A stretch of 64,000 nucleotides of DNA. It comes from Octopus bimaculoides. Its lineage: Eukaryota. Location of the stretch: the NCBI RefSeq assembly GCF_001194135.2, contig NC_068983.1:62317036-62381035 (forward strand), given 5' to 3'. Made by a program: the position numbers and the translations under genes. The notes beneath the pieces are model-generated. The model made no database searches, had not been told where the DNA came from, and saw nothing but the letters and a program-made list of their open reading frames with translations. Numbering within the stretch: the first letter of the stretch is position 1; each line of letters begins with the position of its first letter. This document shows, in pieces, positions 39,601 to 51,600 of this stretch.

Positions 39601-42600
39601 TTGGACGATTTGACTGAGGACTGGTGAACCAGAAGTCTGCACCAGGCTCCAATCTGATTTGGAAGAGCTTCTACAGATGGATGCCCTTCCTAACGCCAAC
39701 CACTCCGAGAGTGTAGTGGGTGCTTTTACATGCCACCGGCATGAGGGCCAGTTAGGCAGTACTGGCAACAGTCATGCTCAAATGGTGTTTTTTACATGCC
39801 ACCTGCACAGGAGCCAGTCCAGTAGCACTGACAATGACCTCGCTCGAATGTGTTTTCACATGCCACCGGCACAAGTGCCAGACAGCTGTTCTGGCAATGA
39901 TCATGCTCGGATCGTGCTAATAGCACTCCACTGGTATGGGTGCCAGTCATCAAATTTGGTTCAATTACGACTTTGATTTCACTTGCCCCAACAAGTCTTG
40001 GCAAGTGTCCAATGAAGGAAAGATTGGCATGGGTGCCAGTCGTCGAATTTGGTTCGATTTCGATTCTGACTCTGACAATTGTGTTTTTTTAAAATCTATT
40101 TTATCAAGGAATAGAGTAATGGCAACTGCATTATCCAAAATGTCTCAATTTGAAGACAATAAGGTGTGACTAGAGGGAAATTTTTATCAACCTTTTCTAG
40201 CAAGTTGAACAGCCACATCAAGGATCCTTCAACTTACACAAGCAGTGATTTCAAAGAAGGCTGGAATATGGTATTACAAAATTCTGATTTCTATGCTCTG
40301 TGGTGCTTTGCATAACAATAAGGGATAGCATTATAAACTATATGCCAAGCGAATTCCATCAAGCAGAAATGTTACCTTTAACAAGTTCTACTACTTCTGT
40401 TAAATTGTGTATACTCATGACAGACCAAGAACAAATGCATATCATGAAACAGCCTTACCTGATATTCTAGTACATCAAAACCTTTAAATATGAATTCAAA
40501 TAGAGTTTTTAAGTTTTCTGGACTTGGTGATGTAACAAAAATATTGGAATAGCTGAAAGATAAGCAAGAAAACTTTATGGATGACCAAAAGTGTTAACAT
40601 TTGATAATATGACTGAAACAATAGTGGCTAGAGAGAGTGAATGTAATGGTGAATAAGGAAGTGACAGAGCAGAATAAGGAATACAAATGTGGAAAAAGTT
40701 AAATGCACATACTGAAATATTGGCATATTTGTAGACATAACAGTGTAAAAAGTGAGAAATTACAGTATAAAATGTTATATGTGAAGTGGTTAGAATTAGC
40801 AATACAGATGTGTACCATCCAACCCATGGAAGCATGGAAGATGGACATTAAATGAAGATGATGGGTTTCAGAGATTAAAGCTCCATTTCATTCAAAATTG
40901 AACAAGTACAGATTTGGAAGAGATATGCAAAGCACAACTCAAATGAGAATTTTTATTTTTCAACTTTAATAGTTCTGCATAAATTGGAGATATCATTAGG
41001 ACATTACCACATCACAGTCACAAATATAGCTTTGGTTTTCTATCAAATCCTTAACCTTAAAGCACATGTGTCTCTGGGATGTGAATAAATTGAATTACGC
41101 TGCCAGATCGGATTGGAGCCTGGTGTAGCCATCTGGTTTCACCAGTCCTCAGTCAAATCGTCCAACCCATGCTAGCATGGAAAGCGGACGTTAAACGACG
41201 ACGACAATACGTACAGACATNNNNNNNNNNNNNNNNNNNNNNNNNNNNNNNNNNNNNNNNNNNNNNNNNNNNNNNNNNNNNNNNNNNNNNNNNNNNNNNN
41301 NNNNNNNNNNNNNNNNNNNNNNNNNNNNNNNNNNNNNNNNNNNNNNNNNNNNNNNNNNNNNNNNNATATATATATATATATATATATATATACCACCTGA
41401 CTGGCCTTTGTAGGGTTTTCGAGCGAGATCGTTGCCAGTGCCCCTGGACTGGCTCTTGTGCGGGTGGCACATAAAAGACACCATTTCGAGCGTGGCCATT
41501 TTCGTGCGGGTGACACGTAAAAGCATCCACTACACTCTCTGAGTGGTTGGCGTTAGGAAGGGCATCCAGCTGTAGAAACTCTGCCAAATTAGATTGGAGC
41601 CTGGTGTTGCCATCCGGTTTCACCAGTCCTCAGTCAAATCGTCCAACCCATGCTAGCATGGAAGGCGGACGTTAAACGATGATGATGATGATGATTAATT
41701 CATTACAAGACATTAATAATGTTAAGTAAACAGCTGAAAAGTCATAGAATTAACCTCTCAAATGATGCACTGCATTGGATATTAAGTGCATCATGGATAT
41801 TTTAGAATACAACATAAGGATTTACAAAATTCATATTAATATTTCAAAATCCAAAGACAGCAAGCTGAGCAAAATGTTTAGCAGCATTTCATCTGTCTTT
41901 ATGTTCTGAGTTCAAATTTCATTGAGATTGACTTTACCTTTCACCTTTTCAGGGTTGATAAAATAAATACCAGTTGAGCACTGAGGTCAATGTAGACTAC
42001 CTACTCCCAAAATTGCTGGCCTTGTGTCCAAATTTCAATATCTTGAACAACATTATTCATTATTTTATTATACAAAGATCATTAATAAATCAACAAAAGC
42101 AATAATTTTCTAAGTTTAAAATTTAAGTTTCCTTAACTTTCCATGTATGTGCACCTTAGTTACTAAGATAGATAAGCACTGACCTTGAGCCACACACTTA
42201 TAAAAACTTACCCAAATCCCACTGCTGTAGCCATGGCAAGGCCTAGTGCAGCTGATTTTCCTCGGCCACGAGCTGCTGTCATCACAACTGTATTCCGTAA
42301 AGTCTTCTCAGACACTGAGTCTATAAACTTTAAGAGTCCTTTAGCCTGTAAAATAACAAAATATATACTTCAGTAATCCTTTAATCTCTGACATGACCAT
42401 AAAGTTTAGTCCTTTAGGCTGAAAAATGAAGAAACAAAATGACTGCATTGAAATCAAAACGAGAACCATCATCATTTAACACCTGTATCTCTCCATGCTT
42501 GCATGGGTCAGACGAAATTGAGAGAAATATCCTATAGCAGGATGCACTTCCCCTTGCTAACACTCACCTGTTATTAAATGAGGTAATCTTTCCCTTTGGC

Positions 42601-45600
42601 CAGACATGTTTCTCATGAAAGACTGGATGTGTACTTCTTGTATAACAGTAATGCCTGTTCTTGTCATCATGCGATATTAAGAGAACGGTACACACACACA
42701 TGAACATATATATGATAGGCTTCTTTCAGTTTCTGTCAACCAAATCCACTTACAGAAGGCACTTGTCCATGGTGCTACACAGTACGACTGAGCCCAAAAC
42801 CAAATGGTCGGAAAGCAAGCTTCTTAACCACACAGCCACACCTGCACCTACATATTTCAAGCCATGATCATTGCAAGATATGTTGTTCTAAGAACTCAAG
42901 AAAGGGTGTTGAAGAGTAAAACAAATATCATTAACTTTGAAAGATATTTGTCAAATATGGAAACTTTGAAGGGAATACTTCCCTTTAAAATATATATTTT
43001 TTATCATTCTTCGACATAAAGAATGAATCAGAAGTCTTTGCAACATTCCAGTATATTTTTCTACAACATATAACATGACACCAATAAGCATAATGTTCAA
43101 TTTCTATTCTTTTTCATCCTTCCAAATATCTTTCCAAAAAGCTCAACAAAAAATATAATAATCTAATAAACAACTTGAAATTGTAAACTGATGACAGTTT
43201 CAAAAGATGTATTACAGTACTGATTCCAGGATTGCATGAACCTAAGCTTTGGTGCGCTATTCTGTTACTTCGTAAAGCATATTCCTGTGTCAGTATTTCT
43301 GAAAGCAGGTTCTACTCTTGTCCCTCAGTTAATTATGAGAAGTGATAAAAATATTTGTGTATTTTAGCAACGTTTTTAAAAGTCATTAGATTCTAGCCAT
43401 CCGACCATTCAGAGTTATGTACCTTGCCTCAGAACACATTAGTGAAAATGCTGGACTCACAGAAAAGCCTCTACATACAGCTAATTCCACTTACCTATCT
43501 AAATATGTGAAGTTTTCAGAGAAGATGGAGAAGGTCTACAACCCATTTGATATGGGATCATACTTCTAGATTAGATGAAATATTTTACTAGCTTGTTTCA
43601 TAGTTTTAAAATTGAAGTATCAGAACTAGTGACCAAGTACCAATGAAGGTACACGAACCATTAATTCTTAAACAGAAAGTGTAATGCCTTACTAACTCAG
43701 TCAGAAGTTGCTTTCCAACACTATAGATTAGTACAGTCCCTGCAGTTTCTAAAGACGTTTAGGACATAATCTGCTTTCAAAGGACATTTATGACATAATC
43801 TGCTTTTAAAGGACATTTATGACATAATCTTAAGTAGATTAAATAGCAGAAAAAAATTCTTACTTGATCTAAAGTTCGGGCACAATTGATGATTGCACCA
43901 ACAGGTTGTGTATCCTGCAAGGATTCTTTTAAAGCTACCAATTCACGTTCAGATTGAGTGAGAGATTCTTCCTGAAAAATAAAAATAATAATGAGACAAA
44001 CAAAGCTCAGTTGTTGACCTCTAGAGACCAAGCACCATATAGAAATGTACAAGATGGTAATTTATTAGTTTGGTTATGTGTGGCAGTCATGTTATGGAGT
44101 GTTTTTTTTTTTTTGTATTGGATTGTGAGATATGATGTGAGGGAAACTGAACTACAAGCAAGTTGCATGGTTATGAAGAGGCTCTATTACTTGTTCATGA
44201 AGTAATCATGAACGGGTTGGTATAGTAACAATCAAGGTATGTGAGGTATAGAGAAGTCAGTTTTATACATCCAATTCACTATATAGCCACCTTTGATATA
44301 TCTCAATATTTTAGCAATAATGATAACAGAAATGGGTAATCAAACAAGTTAGATTTGGCTATGTTACAACCTAATTCTTCAAGAATTAAAGATTCTTAGC
44401 AATCCAGCATGAAAATTTTAAACCCATGCAATGTTGCTATTTTTGTGAGATTTGTGCTTACCTTGAAAATGCAAGAAAAGGTCTTGGTCTTCCAGTGTTG
44501 TACTTATCATGATGTTGAACTGAAGTAGCTATATGTTTGTGATTGATTGTACACTTAATTTCTTGAAGAGACAGTATTCATGATCTGTCAACCGTGTATG
44601 CCTTCTGAGCTCTTATCCTTGACTAACTTGCCTTAGATAAACTTATAAAGTAGTAGCTAACTAAATGGAACTAATTAATGAGTGCTTTAGCTAAAACTAT
44701 TTTATCTTCATGATAGTTTATGTTCTAAAGTTAAGATTTTAAGCATGTGGTCCCTGTTATTAAGACATTATGATATTAGCTGAGGTAAATTTGGCTAATA
44801 CATTGGGCAGGCCAATGCCAGCTACAACCAAATAGCAAATAAAAGTTAGACAATTAGTTACATTAATTAAGCATCACAGCTAGTACTGTGGAAAATTACT
44901 GTGGTTAATTACCTAATTGTGATAGTTATAAATCTATCACATTAGTTATCGAAGGACTTAGGTATATGCAGCTGTAATTCATAATGAAATAAACGAAAGA
45001 GGAAGACACAGTGATGGCATCAAGTGAAGAGGTAAAGTAGGAAACAAATATGAATTACCTTGGACAACTTAGGCAATGGAGTGACAGTAGATGTTAGAGA
45101 TGACAAAGGTAAGATGTTGTATTGGTTGTCAATGACCAAACACTGACTGCATGTGGTAAGAGACAGCAGAAATCTAGACAAAAGAACAATAATGGTTAAG
45201 GAAAAGCAATGCAACAAATATATACATAGTCTTACTGATTCATTTATTAATGATCCATGATTTCTAGAACTGAAGGGAATCAATAGTGATATGTGACAGT
45301 AAGAGCCAATACAGTAAAAGCAAATTATGAAGTGAGAAATATCAAACATTTTTCAGATCCTCTTCTCAGAGCAACCTAACATACATAGTTTCTTCATTAA
45401 AAAAATAACAAACAAGTTGATAAGATAAACAAAGAGAGAGGTGATTGGGAAACTGTAATTTTTGACTGTTGTCTCTGTATCTGTCTTTCAAAGTAATATC
45501 CCACACTTTGAATCTTAAGCAAAATCTCTCTAAATTACTTAGAAGATTCAATTGAAACAGAAAGCAGCAGGAAGTGGTCCACATGATATTTTCCTGCACT

Positions 45601-48600
45601 GAGTCCAAAAATAATACATACACACATATATAACTATAGAGAGAGAAATTTCAGATATGGAAGTAAGGCCTAGAATCAAAGCAAAAACCAAAATCTTGGT
45701 AAGTAGGAGAGCAAACAAATCACAAATCCACTCAGGTAGATGGCCTGCTTGATCTGTAGAAAAAGCATAGGTAGAAACTCCATAACATGTATCCAGTGTA
45801 AGTTATGGACGCATAAGAGGTGCAGCAATATCAAATGAAAGTTAACAGGGAAAATAATTTTTGTGTTTGGAAGGTGTTTAGGTACAATTAACACTAAAAA
45901 TGTGCAGATAATAGACTCCGTCAAATGCCAGGGGGGAAAACTAGTAGTTGATAGCTTCCGTTACCTATGCAACCAAGTCAGTAGCAGGGGTGGATGCTCC
46001 GAGAGCATAGCTGCTAGAATAAGAATAGGCTGGGCAAAGTACAGAGAGCTTCTGCCTCTACTGCTAACAAAGGATCTTTCTCTCAGAGTGAAAGGCAGAT
46101 TGTATGATGATGGTGTGTGAACAGCCATGCTACATAGCAGTGAAACATGGGCTGTGACCACCAAGGACAATGAGTAGGCTTGTAAGAAATGAAGCTAGTG
46201 TGCTTTGCTGAATGTGTAATGTCAGCGTGTATGCACAACAGAGTGTAAATGTCCAGAGAGAAAAGTTGGACATAAGAGGCATCAGATATGGTGTGCAAGA
46301 GAGACTGTGCTGGTATGGTCATGTGATGCATATGGATGAGGACAGCTGTGTAAAGAAGTGCCACTTTCTAACAGTGGAGGGAACCTGTGAAAGAGGTAGA
46401 CCCAGGAAGACATGGGACAAAGTGGTGAAGTATGATCTTCGAATGTTGGGCGTCGTGGAGGCAATGCCAAGGGAGTGAAACCTTTGGCAATAAGCCATGC
46501 TTGAGAAGGCTTGTCAAGCCAAGTGAGATCATAGTTGTGGCTGACGCCAGTGTCGTGTAACTGGCATGTAAAAAGCATCCTTTGAATGTTGGGCAATATG
46601 TTGTGCTTAAGAAGACCTGTCGAACCAAGTGGAATCGTAGTCATGGCTGATGCCAGTGCTGTGTGACTGGTACCCATGTAAATGGCATGTAAAAAGCAAT
46701 GTTCAAGTGTTGGGCCTCACGGAGGCAGTGACAGGTGACCAAGACCTTTCATAATATACCGTGCTTGAGAAAACCTGCCAAGCTAAGTGAGAGTATAGTA
46801 ATGGCCGATGCCAGTATCACATCAATGGCAACCATGTCGGTAGAATGAAAAAAGCTCTTGGAGTGGTTGGTGTTAGGAAGGGCATCCAGCCATAGAAACC
46901 ATGCCAAATCAGATTGGAACCTGGTGCAGCTACCCGGCGTACCAGTTTTCAATCAAACCATCCAATCCATGCCAGCATGGAAAACAGGCATGATGATAGA
47001 GACAGACAAACAGCCAGATAAAGAATAATTAGTGAATTGGTAATTATCTTATTGGATAACAAAAGATTTCTCTAAGACATATAGACACATTTACAAAGTA
47101 AAGAGCATAGAATACCTTTCATTAAAGCGACCTGTGACATCTTGATGTGATTCTGTCCTGAATCTTGAATGAACATCCTGTTGACAGGAAATCAAAGCAT
47201 ATAATGTTACTAAAGTAGTGTTTTTGTTGCATTATACATTACGTGGACATGGACATTTACAAACACACACACTTAAGTACAATGCTTTATAGCCCACCCT
47301 TGTTGTTGTATGTCTATAGGTTGTATAAACAGATAATTAGAGATAAACACAGACATTTGCAATAACATTAAGCTCTAGAAACTACGGAATGCACTTCTAA
47401 AAGACAATACTTACAACAAGAAAAACAAAAAGAAAAAAAGTATCCCTTTCCCCAGGGTAGATACATGAAGCAACCGTAAGAAGTGTATATGTGCACTTAC
47501 CATTGTCATTGTGTACAGCTGTTTTAAAGAGTTCATTGTTCGCAGTAAGATCACAATTAAGCCACCTCCTTCAACAGTTTCTACAGTACGAGCCAAAAGA
47601 TTTGGAGTCAAGGCTTCAAAATCCTGAGAAAATAATACATAGAGCATTAAATTATGGTCACCATTGTTGGTGTTAATGCTACTGGATAAACCCTTTTGTT
47701 ACCATAATTTGGTTGAAACAGCCAACATCTGTTTTGTTTTAATTTCAAAATTAATATAAAAAAAACTTAGTAAAATAACTGTCATTATAAAGCTGATGCC
47801 TGAAACATAAGATTAACATAAAGTACTGATAGAAGGTTTTGATTTAGATCATTCAAAAAAAATTAGTTTGCTTCATAGAACCAGGTCAGTTGCAGGTGTG
47901 GTGGTATCAAAAGGGTTAAACCTTTATCAACCATAACAGAAGATTACAGTTATCATTGTACAACACCAGACAGCTCAACAGTAGCCCCAAAGACACAGAA
48001 AAATGAATGGATTGCCAGAAACAATCTTCAGTCAAAGTCAGCAGCATCCTAAACAAAATGTCACATAAGGAACCACAGATCAGTCTATTGATTTAGCTCC
48101 AGCATCTAAAGCCCAGTGAGAATATTCTTTACAAATGTATGTTATAAACAAAACTACTGGATGCAGAGCATTTATCTAGAATCCTGAATTTGTTGAGCTC
48201 TAATATAGTCTGATATTATATGGCATATTCCATTACTTATCATATAGAAATTTCATTGCTAATCGTATAGATTAATTTTATATTTTCTAATTTTTCCAAC
48301 ACCTGGGCTATATCCATGTTTCAAACATTTGACAAATTCTTTCAAGAAGTGACGTAATGATCTTTACAAAAGAAGAAAAAAGTGATTACCTGAAGAACAC
48401 ACATGCCATAAGTGTTGCCAAGAATTTTATGAGTCTCCTTGTAATAACAGTAACGGATGTTGGTTGATGCCAAGAACAACTCAAAAGCATCAGCATCTTT
48501 CTCAGACATTGTTGCAATACGACCAGCCTTTATCTTTTTTTGCATCTTGCGCATACGTTTCTTGTGACCATGTCTGTAAGACAAACAAGATTAATAAATA

Positions 48601-51600
48601 CTGAGAACTTTATAAGAACTCAAAGAACAAGGTTATGTGTACTGAAATGGTTTATAACCCATTCTAGCATGAAAAGCAGATGTTAAATGTAGATGATCAC
48701 TGTGATAGATGAACAACCAAGTTTAATAATTAAACAACATGTAGTCTACAACTGAGATCAGTGTAATTAACGCAGTTTGAGTTCCTTTTGAAAGTAATTG
48801 CATACTCATGGTGTGTGTAGTGGTTAGTGCAAAGTCTATGGTAGTGAACACACTATAGGTGGCAAGAAAAGGAGTGCTTGAGTGAAAGTGATTGATTTAA
48901 TTATTAATGAAACATGTCTATAACAGAACAGCTAAAATTGTATCCAGTGCTCAGGAGCACTGTCAGAAAATGGTAAAAAAAGGAGGCACAAAGCAGCAAT
49001 AAGTCAAGTAAAAAAGTCTGCAATGATAAGCAAGTGCATGCATAGTACAAAGAATAAAACAAAAACACAGAAAAGTGGAAAAGTTGAGAAAAGAAAAGGG
49101 CAAGTAGGCATGTCAGGAGAGAAAAAATGTTTCCAAAAACCATGAGTGCTGTTTTTTTTTTTTTTTATGCTAGAAGCATGTCCATGAGTGATAAGAACAC
49201 TGAATTCAAAAAGGTGGTCAAATATGATGTGAGAAATCCAAAATTACAATAACATCAGCAAATCAACATATCTAGTTCTGAGAAATAACATTTGTATCTC
49301 TTGGTAATTCGGGCATATATAGTGTGTAAAGAAAATAGATAATATTTAAATATACAATAATGCTACTGCTGTTTAAACCCAGATCAGTTTTATCAGAGGT
49401 ATTCTAAACACAAACATTTTATTCCCTCTTTTCCATGCAGTTTATATTAAGGACTACATTATCAAATGTGTCCTTCATTTAAGGCAGAACAATGTGATTA
49501 AACAGAAGATTTGACTGCTACTTATTTCTACCAGATAAAGCAGACATTCCTTCATTTATGAAGTAGTAATTATTTCTAGCATAGGCACAGGGTTGGAAAG
49601 GGAGAGGGTATTAGTGGAAGCTGCTTGCCATAGTCTACCTGGTTGATGTAACAACTTCCTCTTGCATTTCAAAAGTTGAGTGATTAGTAAGCATCCAATT
49701 TGTAAGAACTGCTTCAATATACAAAGACCCACAAATCCATCCAATGTGTTTTCAAGGATTTTAAGGACTTGCTTCTTAGTGCAAACAGCTAAGTTAAATT
49801 TCATTCTTCCCTTACAGTGTGAGGAAATTAACCATTTTGTGACTATATTTTAAATGAAATACACAGCTTATCTGTTCCAATTAATTTTGAAAATAATCAA
49901 GAACTTAGAAGGCTTTGATAACACAATTCTTGATTTTATCATTAATCTGGTGCTTTAAAGAGGCAAAATGGCAGAATTATTAGTGTTGGAACAAATGCTT
50001 GGAAGTATTTGTTCCAGCGCTTTATATTCCGTGTTCAAATCCTGTTGAAGTTAACTTTCTCTTTTGCCCTTTCAAGGCTGATAAAGTACCAGTAAAGTAC
50101 ATTGGGGTTGATGTAATCAATTCCCTCCACGTAATATTGTTGGCCTTGTGCCTAAACCAAGAACCGATATTAATCTGGTGTTTGAGAGATCACTTAAGAA
50201 AAAGGATTTTGCTTAAATGAAAATGGAAAGTCTTTATTTAAACAAACAATTGAAGATGAGAGGTTTTCTATTATAGATTAGATTGGAGCCTGGTGTAGCC
50301 ATCCGGTTGCACCAGTCCTCAGTCAAATCGTCCAACCCATGCTAGCATGGAAAGCGGATGTTAAACGATGATGATGATGATGATCCTATCAGAGTCTCAG
50401 ATGAGTTATTATTGAATGGGTTAAAGTGCAAAATTACTTACGAAGAGAAACCAAGTTCCTTTTTATAACACCACAACACAGAAGGTCTGGCTTTTACCTC
50501 TGCCTTTGTTAACATATGATGGAGTACAACAATCTGGAACAGGAAATGGATCAATATTATATCAAGTATTCTTCACAATCATCGTCATATTTATGTCTAC
50601 AATTCTATGCTCATGGGAACTGGGTAGAATTCATTGAGACAGGTTTTCTATGGACAGATATTTTTCCTGTAACCAACACAAGGTTGTGTCCAAGTAAGAT
50701 ATTTCCCTATAGCCTAGCATATTTTCACAAAAGAGTGGGAACAAAGGGCACTACTTGTTGTATAATGGTGATGTTTGTTTACAACTATCAATGTCAAGAC
50801 AATGTAACATATGCAGACACATACATACTATAGATATATGGATGAGGATAGCTGTGTGAAAAAGTGCCACAGCCTAGCGGTTGAGAGTACCTGTAGAAGA
50901 GGTAGACCCAGGAAGACCTGGGATGAGGTGGTGAAGCACTGCCTTCGAACATTAGGCCTCACCAAGGCAATGACTAGTCACCAAGACCTTTGGAAATATG
51001 CTGTGCATGAGAAGACCCGGCAAGACAAGTGAGACTATAACCCGTGGCCTTTACTAGGAGTGTAGCCAGCCCACTTATGCGTACCTTTCCTTCTTTGGAC
51101 ACAAAACCCTGCTTGTGAAGACCTGTTGAGGCAAGTGAAATCGAAATTGAACCAAATTCGACGACTAGCACCCATGCCAACCTTCCTTCATTGGACACTA
51201 AACTCAGCTTGCGAAGACCTGGAAAGCGGACGTTAAACGATGATGACACATAACATACATGCTTGCATGTTTGCCTGCCCATGTTTATACTGAGAATTCT
51301 TGAGCATGATGTTTGTGTTCATCATATATAACACATCCAGTAGAATAAAAAGTATCTTCTCGAAAAATCGGAGTTGGTAACAGGAAATGTATCTAATCAT
51401 AAAAACTGCCTGAACAATTCCCATGCAAATACAGAAAATGAGGACATGAAAAATGATGATTAAAGTGAGACAGCAAATCAGGATAAAGAAGACATACTTC
51501 AGCTGTGACTGATTAAAGATTAAGTTTCAGGTGTAACCCTCAAATTGTTAGCTTCGGAGTTTTAGGATAACCTTTTTGCCCAAAATACATATGCCCTATA

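Noticed and set aside
41107-41695. Assembly duplication around the gap
   Set aside because: The two RTE-tail copies differ at several positions, consistent with independent insertions, although the gap leaves some doubt
43489-43670. Perfect AG|GTAAGT donor at 43494 suggesting an extra exon
   Set aside because: No convincing upstream acceptor, and the NAT10 protein is complete without it
43759-43830. 30-bp tandem duplication ggacataatctgctttcaaaggacatttat
   Set aside because: Ordinary local slippage duplication in an intron
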